Of a stretch of 38,024 bases of DNA, positions 1 through 7,154 are shown in pieces. The DNA is taken from the IMG/VR virus record IMGVR_UViG_2531839235_000024; one strand, 5' to 3'. Every line of letters begins with the position of its first letter. The first letter of the stretch is position 1. A program made the translations under genes and the position numbers. Source of the DNA: a virus. Taxonomy: Duplodnaviria > Heunggongvirae > Uroviricota > Caudoviricetes. The notes under the pieces were generated by a model that was not told where the DNA came from, ran no database searches, and saw nothing but the letters and a program-made list of their open reading frames with translations.

Positions 1-262
1 ATGAACAGGCTTTTTTCAGGTCGTTCCGATATGCCCTTTGCGCTGTTGCTTCTCGCACCCAGCTTATTACTGCTGGGCGGTCTGGTTGCGTGGCCAATGG
101 TGTCGAATATCGAAATTAGTTTTTTACGTCTGCCGCTCAATCCCAACATCGAGTCAACGTTTGTTGGGGTAAGCAACTATGTGCGTATTCTCTCCGATCC
201 CGGCTTCTGGCACTCGCTGTGGATGACGGTCTGGTATACCGCGTATAGCGCGGCGATTTTTT
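1..262 (+). pseudogene. 5' fragment of a host sugar ABC transporter permease gene (MalF/UgpA-like; possibly ycjO) interrupted by the prophage insertion
   Basis: ORF 1..354 starts with a hydrophobic N-terminal TM segment and the permease-typical FVG..N(Y/F)V...W...W(Y)T motif, then loses permease character near 245-265 where repeated TTTGATAC end motifs begin. The ycjO identity is from memory and unverified. Confidence 0.5.
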
Positions 263-330
263 TGATACCGATTTGCATTTCATTTGATACCGCTGAAAAA
301 CGCCGATACGCAACTTATTTGATACTAAAT
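258..330. repeat. Putative transposase-binding end repeats (three direct TTTGATAC(C/T) motifs at 261-269, 283-291, 318-326)
   Basis: Seen directly in the sequence, between the mom stop (372) and the host gene fragment; one sub-motif (CTGAAAAACGCC, 292-303) resembles the CGAAAAACGCG of the Mu R1 site as I recall it. Confidence 0.4.
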
Positions 331-371
331 CGGCGCTTTTCTTTTGGGTTTTAGAATGAGTTTTTAAGCGT

Positions 372-1109
372 TCACTCACTCTCTTTTAAACCAGTTTTAA
401 CTGTTTGTGGTTTTGGGTAAGGCTGGACTTTGAATAGCTTTGTGTTGAGGCGTTTTCTGGCCCTCTTGTTCAGAAACCGGATGTAACGAAACTGACGGAA
501 TTTATGAACACTGGCTCTGTCGATATTAGCCCTCAGATGTTCACCTCGCTGTCCGCCTCGTTTAATGGCATTCCTGCAAATCTCGTGATACCACTCGCCA
601 TCAAGTTCATAGAATGTTGATTCGTGGCTGCCTACATAATCAAAATTGCTTGCCTGATACACGACACCAAGACAGCCACAACGCTCATCTGCAAACGACT
701 GAACCCACTGTACCTGCGGATAAAGCTGCCTGATTAGCTTGAGCGCGTAACTGATTGCCCTTGATTCGGAGTTTCTCGGCATACAGTCATGCAGCCATAA
801 CCGGTTAAGCTCCATATATTCACGGTTCCGCGTGCCCGTTACGACGCGTGCACCACTGTTTGGATTAAGGGCATAGCCCCATTGCATTACGCCAACCAGC
901 TCCCGTTCTGAAAATATGCCCAGATGAAGGTAGGAGTTATTTACGAAACGGTGGCTGTAATGTTTATTGACGATGACCAGTCTGGCCAGCCAGCAACTTA
1001 TTGTCTCAACCCGCAACTCACGGGAGCCATAACCAACGATATTGTCGTTATAGCGAATAAGTTCAGGCGTGCTGATGATACGGGATGTGACTTGCTTTCT
1101 GTTCCCCAC
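372..1109 (-). CDS. mom: Mom-like DNA modification protein (adenine hypermodification, anti-restriction)
   Basis: 245-aa ORF at the extreme right end of the prophage, immediately downstream of and overlapping a Com-type zinc-finger gene, as in Mu; GTG start inferred from the ORF track. Confidence 0.7.
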   Translation of the reverse strand: MGNRKQVTSRIISTPELIRYNDNIVGYGSRELRVETISCWLARLVIVNKHYSHRFVNNSYLHLGIFSERELVGVMQWGYALNPNSGARVVTGTRNREYMELNRLWLHDCMPRNSESRAISYALKLIRQLYPQVQWVQSFADERCGCLGVVYQASNFDYVGSHESTFYELDGEWYHEICRNAIKRGGQRGEHLRANIDRASVHKFRQFRYIRFLNKRARKRLNTKLFKVQPYPKPQTVKTGLKESE

Positions 1110-1263
1110 GACAGGATTTCCTTGTGTATGTGGGGTGCTCTGTGGCGCTCGGAGATGTGATTTGATTGAGGGTTTTACAGCGCGGACATTTTACTTCCAG
1201 ATAACTGAAACTGGCCCGTGCCAGTAGCTTATTGCAGTGTCGGCACCGTATGTTTCGATACAT
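1063..1263 (-). CDS. com: Com translational activator of mom (zinc finger)
   Basis: Internal ATG at 1263 preceded by AGGAGG; product [30 protein letters not shown]...EHPT matches the Mu Com CxxC-N16-CxxC zinc finger pattern as I recall it; 3' end overlaps the mom start. Confidence 0.8.
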   Translation of the reverse strand: MYRNIRCRHCNKLLARASFSYLEVKCPRCKTLNQITSPSATEHPTYTRKSCRGEQKASHIPYHQHA

Positions 1264-1304
1264 GGCCGCATAACCTCCTGCTTTGTTGTTGATGCCTTTC
1301 TCAT

Positions 1305-1335
1305 GCAATCGATCGACAAAAACGATCGATTCGAT
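1305..1335. promoter_or_regulatory. GATC (Dam site) cluster upstream of com-mom; candidate methylation-sensitive regulatory region
   Basis: GATC at 1311-1314 and 1324-1327 within CAATCGATCGACAAAAACGATCGATTCGATT, about 50-65 bp upstream of the com ATG; Mu mom is known to be controlled through clustered Dam sites upstream of its promoter. Confidence 0.35.
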
Positions 1336-1663
1336 TTGTTTAATTGATACAACAAATAGATTGAAAAGTCATCAACAATGATTCAGGGCGGTGATTATTT
1401 ACTTAAAGAAAACGAAGACTTAGGTGGTGAAAACGATCATAAAATGATCATTTTATTGACTTTTTATACAGTGAAGGTAGGATCGCGCGTATATGTAGTA
1501 TGTTTCAAATCAACAGGATACTACATAAAGGGAGGTCCAGATAGTTACAGCTATCTGGACCTGGAACAAATTCGCATCAATGCTTTACTTCGAGCTCGTG
1601 TCGTATCCTATGATATTCCCCGGTCTCCTGTAAAGCAGAGATGCATAAAAAGGAGATCTTTAC

Positions 1664-1834
1664 ATGGATAAAGAGCCTGTTTGCCCTGCCTGTAAGACTC
1701 CCTTACAGCTCATCTATCGCCGTTCTCGATCTCAAAATGGCAAGACATACAAACCCCAAAATGCGTCCTGTTTCAGGATGCTGATATGTCCTGCCTGTTC
1801 TCCCCGGAGGGAAAGTACACAAAACGTGCATTAA
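1664..1834 (+). CDS. Small zinc-ribbon protein (56 aa; CPAC...CPAC), not in the supplied ORF track
   Basis: ATG at 1664 preceded by AAAAGGAGA with about 7 nt spacing; translation MDKEPVCPACKTPLQLIYRRSRSQNGKTYKPQNASCFRMLICPACSPRRESTQNVH; followed by a perfect hairpin at 1844-1863. Confidence 0.4.
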   Translation: MDKEPVCPACKTPLQLIYRRSRSQNGKTYKPQNASCFRMLICPACSPRRESTQNVH

Positions 1835-1843
1835 CAAATTCAC

Positions 1844-1863
1844 CCGGCAGGGAAACCTGCCGG
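1844..1863. terminator. Bidirectional stem-loop between convergent genes (CCGGCAGG-GAAA-CCTGCCGG)
   Basis: Perfect 8-bp stem with GAAA tetraloop sitting exactly in the 38-bp gap between the stop of the plus zinc-ribbon ORF (1834) and the stop of the minus 81-aa ORF (1873). Confidence 0.45.
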
Positions 1864-1872
1864 TCGGTATTG

Positions 1873-2118
1873 TTACATCATAGTACCGTCAGTTCCGGGC
1901 TGAACCGGCTCTGGTTGCTCTACGGCTTGAGGCTCATTCTCCGTGCTGTTTTCAGCCGGAGAATGGCCAACCATTCGGGCCAGCACTTCATCAACATATG
2001 CGTCGATTTGTGCCTCAAAATCCTTGCGAACCTGCGCCTTCAGCACGCGGTTCACTTCTTCAGAATAAAGTGCCTGTTTGACAAGCTCTTCAGTAACCGT
2101 GCCTTTAATCTCTGGCAT
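1873..2118 (-). CDS. Hypothetical acidic protein (81 aa)
   Basis: ATG at 2118 preceded by AAAAGGAG with 7 nt spacing; protein-like amphipathic composition; the overlapping plus ORF 1786..2247 looks like antisense junk. Confidence 0.5.
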   Translation of the reverse strand: MPEIKGTVTEELVKQALYSEEVNRVLKAQVRKDFEAQIDAYVDEVLARMVGHSPAENSTENEPQAVEQPEPVQPGTDGTMM

Positions 2119-2153
2119 GAATATTCTCCTTTTGCAGGTATATTGCCCCGTTA

Positions 2154-2336
2154 TCAGAGCGGGGTCGGGTCGTTTGGGGATGACGGTGCCTGTGCTGTTT
2201 TACTGAGTTTTTCAGCTGCCGCATCATCAATTTTACGGCGAATATAATTTCTGATGACCTTATAACCGCCGCTCACCAGATATAACGCACTGACCACTGC
2301 GCAGAAATAAAGCAGCATTGTATGAACGAATGTCAT
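2154..2336 (-). CDS. Hypothetical small membrane protein (60 aa, one N-terminal TM helix)
   Basis: Hydrophobic segment LLYFCAVVSALYLVSGG followed by a charged tail; AAGG-type RBS upstream; immediately upstream of the 81-aa gene on the same strand. Confidence 0.4.
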   Translation of the reverse strand: MTFVHTMLLYFCAVVSALYLVSGGYKVIRNYIRRKIDDAAAEKLSKTAQAPSSPNDPTPL

Positions 2337-2402
2337 ATAACCTTACCTTTGATATTGACTACATAATTCGTTATCGGGTAAAAACATCGAAGCGACTGAT
2401 AA

Positions 2403-2482
2403 CCACTCCTTCGGGAGTATTTTTATTTTCCTTTATGGGTTAGGTAGCTCCCGCCAGCCATATCATGACCGGCGGGATTTTT
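2403..2482 (+). terminator. Two tandem plus-oriented terminator-like hairpins (ACTCC-TTCG-GGAGT + T-run; CCCGCC...GGCGGG + T7)
   Basis: Stem-loops at about 2405-2428 and 2449-2482, each followed by a T-run on the plus strand; they abut or overlap the esterase stop codon (2483-2485). Confidence 0.3.
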
Positions 2483-4531
2483 TTATTCTGTTACCGCTTT
2501 TTTCACTTCCACCACAATGCTGTCAATCAGCACCGGGTAAGTTGCATTTTTTGTGATATCCGTTACGCGGAGTTTGTCCACCGGGAAAGTTCCTACTGGT
2601 GACTGCGTCAGGGTAAACGCGGCACCATCCTGACCATCAATAACCGGAATAACCTGAAGGCTGTTATTTCCTGCAAAACGGAAGGCCAGCGTATGCCATT
2701 CATTATCAAATGCACCAAAGGTTCCCAGTTTCTGGTTATTTGTTGCCACTTTTGCATTGTGGTACATCACATTCAGGTCTTTTGCGTCTGTCTGGATGTA
2801 GAACGATGCCAGCAGATTATTCCCTGCATCCCCTGTCAGGGTGACACCCTGCGGCAGAGAGGAAACCGGCCAGTAAAGCGCCATGACATACTGGTTTGCC
2901 ACCAGGTCGCCCGGTACTTTAAAACGACAACTGATTAAACCACCATTTTTCAGCAGTTCAGCACCAGTACCGGCATCATGATCCAGATACCAGGATGATT
3001 TACCTGTTTCCTTGGTCAGTTTCATTGCCTTACCACCTGTGCCTCCTGCATCACTGATAATTTCAGCTTTACCGCCAGCCGGCTCCCAGCCCTGGGCTTT
3101 CAGATTTCCTTCTGACTCACTGACACGGTAAGACAGCAGTGTTGTGGTTACTGCTTCAGTTTCTGAAGGTGACGGCACTGGTGCTTCAGTTTCAGAAGAT
3201 GGAACATCGGCTTTTACTGTGGTTCGCCCCGCATGAGTCAGAACTGCCGTGGCCAGACGGTCGGAAATAATCCCACGACGTGCCCATGAACTGAAATGGC
3301 TGGCCCGGTCCGTAGATGTCCAGGTGGCGGCACTGTTACGCCACGTTGAGCCGTAATAACCAATGGATTCAATATCCGGGTCTTCTGCCGGATTGTTGGT
3401 GGGTACATTCGCGCCATTTTCATCTGTCATTAATGGGACGAAATGAATGTTTTTATCTGTTTTATTTTTGTAGCCGTCATAGATTGCCTGGTATGCCTGT
3501 TCGTTTTTCTGTTTCCAGAAATACGTGGTATCACCACAAATCCACGGAACGCCAGCAGCACTGCCACCGGTACACTGTTCCGCCTGTTCAGCCAGGTCTG
3601 CGCGGAATTTTTCCACCATCGCCAGAAACAGCGCAGAATGCTCCGTCGGCTTCGCATCAATATCAAACTCGCCCTGCATCCACACCACAGCAAGCAGGCG
3701 GTTTTTCGGGTTCTTCGCCAGTGCCGCTTTTGTCCGGCTGATTAAGTCCTTATACAGCGGCTTATCCACACCCCAGCGGGCTGAGTCCTCTGAAGCACCC
3801 GTGCTGTCACTGTACGTGCCGTCAGCACCCGCCGTGAATGCAGAACCACCACGGCAGCAGGGAACCAGCAGAATCCCCGCATCTGCCGGAATAAACGGCA
3901 GCAGTTTTTTGGCAATGTGAAGCCCCTGACCCACGGTGCCATATTGCCCTTTAGCCACATCCGCTTTCGGGTGATTTTTTCCACTCATATCCTGCACATC
4001 ATGCAGACAGTGGTCGGCCAGAATGATGTCGTTATACTGACAGGCTTTACCTCCCGGCGTGACTGTACTGCGACGGGCTAACTGCATAATACGCGGTTCG
4101 GGGCGGTCATATGTCTCCGGCAGTGGCAGACCTTCACCGTAAGCCATACCGTTTGACTGACCAGCAAGAACCACCACGTAATACCAGGAAGGGGAGCTGG
4201 AAGCCGTTTCATTTCCTGCCGGACGGGTATGTGTTTCTGCATTATCCCAGTCTGACGGTTCAGTAGTACCGGCAACATCAGCACTTAACGGAATGACAGC
4301 ACCAATACCCGCTCCGGTAATTTCCACGTTCGGATCACCGGATACTGGCCTTACCCACAGGCAATCCTGTGTATTAAAACTGATGAGACAGTCAGCAAAT
4401 GTCATTCCTCCTTTCGTTTCAGCAGGAGGAAAGGGAGCCTCAAGAAATGCCGCTGTACCACCGGAAACTTTAACGGTAAAGTTTCCGGGCATTGATGATA
4501 GTTGAACCCATTTGGACGTCATAATATTCAT
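2483..4531 (-). CDS. Carbohydrate esterase, SASA/SGNH-hydrolase type (sialate O-acetylesterase-like, NanS-p-like) with a C-terminal lectin-like domain
   Basis: 682-aa ORF containing the esterase blocks VVLAGQSNGMAYGEG and VVWMQGEFD, a Ser/Thr/Pro/Glu-rich linker (SSETEAPVPSPSETEA) and a roughly 240-aa C-terminal domain; AGGA RBS before ATG at 4531. It has no counterpart at this position in Mu. Confidence 0.6.
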   Translation of the reverse strand: MNIMTSKWVQLSSMPGNFTVKVSGGTAAFLEAPFPPAETKGGMTFADCLISFNTQDCLWVRPVSGDPNVEITGAGIGAVIPLSADVAGTTEPSDWDNAETHTRPAGNETASSSPSWYYVVVLAGQSNGMAYGEGLPLPETYDRPEPRIMQLARRSTVTPGGKACQYNDIILADHCLHDVQDMSGKNHPKADVAKGQYGTVGQGLHIAKKLLPFIPADAGILLVPCCRGGSAFTAGADGTYSDSTGASEDSARWGVDKPLYKDLISRTKAALAKNPKNRLLAVVWMQGEFDIDAKPTEHSALFLAMVEKFRADLAEQAEQCTGGSAAGVPWICGDTTYFWKQKNEQAYQAIYDGYKNKTDKNIHFVPLMTDENGANVPTNNPAEDPDIESIGYYGSTWRNSAATWTSTDRASHFSSWARRGIISDRLATAVLTHAGRTTVKADVPSSETEAPVPSPSETEAVTTTLLSYRVSESEGNLKAQGWEPAGGKAEIISDAGGTGGKAMKLTKETGKSSWYLDHDAGTGAELLKNGGLISCRFKVPGDLVANQYVMALYWPVSSLPQGVTLTGDAGNNLLASFYIQTDAKDLNVMYHNAKVATNNQKLGTFGAFDNEWHTLAFRFAGNNSLQVIPVIDGQDGAAFTLTQSPVGTFPVDKLRVTDITKNATYPVLIDSIVVEVKKAVTE

Positions 4532-4621
4532 CCTGTTCCTGAATAAACAGAATTATCATATCCACAGACCGATAAACGCCATTTTGCGTTAATTCAGTAA
4601 AGGCCCAACAAAGGGAGCGTC

Positions 4622-5182
4622 TTATTTTTCCGAAACGCTCGCAGGATAATAACGATAAAGGGTTGAAAGGCCGATATCAAAAATAAGTGCCACCTGTCTT
4701 CGACTGACACCCCCGGCCAGTAAACGCCCGACCTGCTCGTATTGTTCCTGCGTGAGACGACGGGGTCTGCCGCCGGTTCGTCCCCTTTCACGGGCAGCTG
4801 CAAGACCAGCCCGTGTCCGTTCGACAATTAATTCACGCTCCATTTCTGCCAGCGCACCCATTATGTGAAAAAAGAAGCGCCCCATGGGGGTTGACGTATC
4901 AATGTTGTCAGTAAGACTACGAAAATTTATCCCCTGTTGCTGTAATTCATCTGTCAGCGCAACAAGGTGGCGCATACTGCGCCCCAGCCTGTCCAGTTTC
5001 CAGACCATCAGTGTGTCACCGGGTTTTAGTTTCTTCAGTGCCCGCTTCAGTCCCGGCCGCTGTGTCGTTTTACCACTCATTTTGTCTTCAAAAATCTGCT
5101 CACATCCTGCACATTCCAGCGCATTTCTTTGTAAACCGGTGTTCTGGTCATTTGTTGATACGCGTATATAGCCAATCAGCAT
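4622..5182 (-). CDS. gin: Gin/Hin/Pin-family serine DNA invertase
   Basis: 186 aa; N-terminal MLIGYIRVSTNDQNTGLQRNALECAGCEQIFEDK...TLMVWKLDRLGRS and C-terminal HTH GGRPRRLT match Mu Gin and serine invertases nearly residue for residue. Confidence 0.92.
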   Translation of the reverse strand: MLIGYIRVSTNDQNTGLQRNALECAGCEQIFEDKMSGKTTQRPGLKRALKKLKPGDTLMVWKLDRLGRSMRHLVALTDELQQQGINFRSLTDNIDTSTPMGRFFFHIMGALAEMERELIVERTRAGLAAARERGRTGGRPRRLTQEQYEQVGRLLAGGVSRRQVALIFDIGLSTLYRYYPASVSEK

Positions 5183-5236
5183 GTATTTACCTTCCTTAAA
5201 AAGAGGTGGAAAGGCCTTTTAAAGCAGATATACGGC

Positions 5237-5262
5237 ATCCCTGAAACCTCGGTTTACGGGAT
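5237..5262. repeat. gix/hix-like recombination site (ATCCCTGAAACC-TC-GGTTTACGGGAT), gin-proximal boundary of the invertible segment
   Basis: 26-bp near-perfect palindrome with a 2-bp core, half-sites ending in AAACC as in Hin/Gin crossover sites; lies 55 bp upstream of the gin ATG. Confidence 0.55.
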
Positions 5263-5607
5263 ACTGTAAACAGGGCCGCGAATGCCCTGCCATCGAACGG
5301 AACGGCTGTTGCAGCGAATAAACTCGCCACTCCAAGAAATATTAATGGTGTCCCATTTGACGGAACGCAGGATATAAATATTACATCGGGGATGACGCAG
5401 TCTGTGGCTGACTCACGTTATGTTCAAAGCATTCGAAGAGGTTCAAGGTCAACGATTGGAATGCAATATAATATTTTTGAAGTTCCTGACGGATGCGTAC
5501 TTACAGGGCTTGATGTCGCTGGTGATGGTAATGCAACGGTAACCGCATATTATCGACCTGTTCAGTTTCTGATAGATGGTTCGTGGAAAACAGCTTCCAG
5601 CGCATAA
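5251..5607 (+). CDS. Alternative tail-fibre C-terminal segment (Sv'-like; has no own start, expressed only after inversion)
   Basis: Plus-strand frame encodes GLRDTVNRAANALPSNGTAVAANKLATPRNINGVPFDGTQDINITSGMTQSVADSRYVQ..., about 80% identical to residues 178-236 of the minus-strand tail fibre and in frame with the crossover core. Confidence 0.6.
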   Translation, partial: GLRDTVNRAANALPSNGTAVAANKLATPRNINGVPFDGTQDINITSGMTQSVADSRYVQSIRRGSRSTIGMQYNIFEVPDGCVLTGLDVAGDGNATVTAYYRPVQFLIDGSWKTASSA

Positions 5608-5686
5608 AAGTGCAGTAGTTCAAAAAACAGATTATCTGAATAAATATATGATGATTTTGTCTTTTCAACAAAAACAAGGTGAAATA

Positions 5687-6208
5687 ATGGAGCTTATTAA
5701 CGTAAAACGATATTACCCGGAACACAAACCCTATGGTGAGGATGTTCAGTATTTCCAGAGTGAGGACGGAAGGGATTTTTATGAATCTATCCCGCTTTTC
5801 ACAAAGAAATACAAACTCTGTATTTCGCCTGTAACGGGTATTATCTGCTCTGTTGCTGAAGATGTCTCTGCTTTATATCCGGCAGGTTTTACTGTTGTTG
5901 AAGTGGACGAACTGCCGGAAGGTGTGAATATTGACGGTAACTGGCAGTGTTCTGATGGCCTGATATCAAAGGTGCCGGTAAACTGGAAGACGGTTGCTGA
6001 AAAGCGTCGCTCATCGCTGCTCCAGGAAGCCAACGAAACCGTGGATGACTGGAAAACAGAATTAAAACTGGACATGATTAGCGATGAAAATAAATTACAG
6101 CTGACGCGCTGGATGGCGTATATCCGACAGCTTAAAGAAATGCACTTTAATGATATTGCCAGTGAGGGGCATTACCAGGCGATTCCCTGGCCGGAAAAAC
6201 CGGAATAA
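5687..6208 (+). CDS. Tail fibre assembly chaperone (U'/Tfa-like)
   Basis: ATG at 5687 preceded by AAGGTG; 173 aa, typical size and position for the chaperone following the variable fibre segment inside the invertible region. Confidence 0.65.
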   Translation: MELINVKRYYPEHKPYGEDVQYFQSEDGRDFYESIPLFTKKYKLCISPVTGIICSVAEDVSALYPAGFTVVEVDELPEGVNIDGNWQCSDGLISKVPVNWKTVAEKRRSSLLQEANETVDDWKTELKLDMISDENKLQLTRWMAYIRQLKEMHFNDIASEGHYQAIPWPEKPE

Positions 6209-6213
6209 TTCAG

Positions 6214-6236
6214 AGGGTGCATTCAGCACCCTTTTC
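6214..6236. terminator. Stem-loop terminator between convergent U' and S (AGGGTGC-ATTCA-GCACCCT + TTTT)
   Basis: 7-bp stem followed by a T-run on the plus strand, between the U' stop (6208) and the S stop (6243). Confidence 0.5.
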
Positions 6237-6242
6237 TGTGGT

Positions 6243-7154
6243 TTACACTGAACTTACCGTTCTCCAGGCATTATTAATATAAATCTGAACCGGGCGATAA
6301 TAGACCCCACCGATATTGTCCGCAGACCGGGAGCCGGTTTCCTGCACGTTAATACCGGAAAGCATACAACCGGAAGGTGCGCTGTAATTCCATGATATTT
6401 CATTGCCTCCGGGTGAATGATAGCTCTGTGCTCCAAGCTGAACATTCTGTACATACCGGCCATCTGCGGTTGACTGCGTCATTCCTGACGTGATGTTGAT
6501 ATCCTGCGTTCCGTCAAAAGGAACGCCATTAATATTTCTTGGGGTGGCGAGTCTGTTTGCTGCCACGGCGGTTCCACCCGATGGCAGGGCATCAGCAGCC
6601 TTATTTACCGTTTCCCGTAAACCGACGTTATCGATAAAAGCGCCTTTATCCGGAATGTCTGCGCCGTTCTGCTCCCTGCGCAGGTAACGGTTATCACCTT
6701 CGCTTTTGCTGTAAACATCCAGATTATTACGGGCGGTTCCCGCATTCTCCAGGTCGGCAAGGTTCTGATCCTTCGCCAGAGCATTAACGTCACCGGGACC
6801 AAGACTGTTTTTTGTGGCAAGCGCCCCAAGACCAAGATAACCACGGGCAAGACGCTGGGCTTCCGCACCGGCATCAGCAATTTCTTTCAGGTTGTTTTTC
6901 CGGGAAAAGGCATTCGCAGCGATAATGGCTTTAATGGACAGCGTAAGCTGGTTTAACTGCGCCTTATCCGGCTGAATACTGGCTTCAGCCAGAATATTCA
7001 GCAGTTCGGCCTGGAGAATATTCAGCCAGTCCTGACCAATCCAGCTGATACCTTTTTGTCCGTCACCTTCGGTAAACCAGGTGGTGGTATTACTCTGCGC
7101 CGGTGCCAGCGCAGGCATATTCGCCACGCCGGAATTATTATCAACATGAAACAT
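6243..7154 (-). CDS. Tail fibre protein (S-like; constant N-terminal part fused to the currently expressed variable C-terminus)
   Basis: 303 aa, follows gp48 with a TAATG stop/start overlap; its C-terminal third is paralogous to the plus-strand Sv' segment; a gix-like site lies inside the coding frame at 6612-6637. Confidence 0.75.
   Translation of the reverse strand: MFHVDNNSGVANMPALAPAQSNTTTWFTEGDGQKGISWIGQDWLNILQAELLNILAEASIQPDKAQLNQLTLSIKAIIAANAFSRKNNLKEIADAGAEAQRLARGYLGLGALATKNSLGPGDVNALAKDQNLADLENAGTARNNLDVYSKSEGDNRYLRREQNGADIPDKGAFIDNVGLRETVNKAADALPSGGTAVAANRLATPRNINGVPFDGTQDINITSGMTQSTADGRYVQNVQLGAQSYHSPGGNEISWNYSAPSGCMLSGINVQETGSRSADNIGGVYYRPVQIYINNAWRTVSSV
6612..6637. repeat. Second gix/hix-like site (TTCCCGTAAACC-GA-CGTTATCGATAA) inside the tail-fibre gene, inverted relative to the site at 5237-5262
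   Basis: Inner half-site and core are the reverse complement of the inner half of the first site (11 of 12 plus core); the flanking roughly 170-bp arms (5251-5430 vs 6445-6623) are inverted repeats of about 80% identity. Confidence 0.5.

Noticed and set aside
1378-1671. 97-aa plus-strand ORF in the AT-rich region upstream of com
   Set aside because: No convincing RBS and implausible composition; more likely non-coding promoter/regulatory DNA for the divergent com-mom and zinc-ribbon genes.
1786-2247. 153-aa plus-strand ORF overlapping the zinc-ribbon ORF and the 81-aa minus gene
   Set aside because: Leu/Arg/Ser/Cys-rich composition typical of the antisense of a real gene; the minus-strand 81-aa ORF has a strong RBS and the convergent terminator hairpin fits the minus gene plus the short zinc-ribbon gene instead.
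5779-6075. 98-aa minus-strand ORF inside the invertible segment that could have been a second chaperone (U)
   Set aside because: Ser/Thr-rich low complexity and fully antisense to the well-supported plus-strand chaperone gene; no independent start signals.
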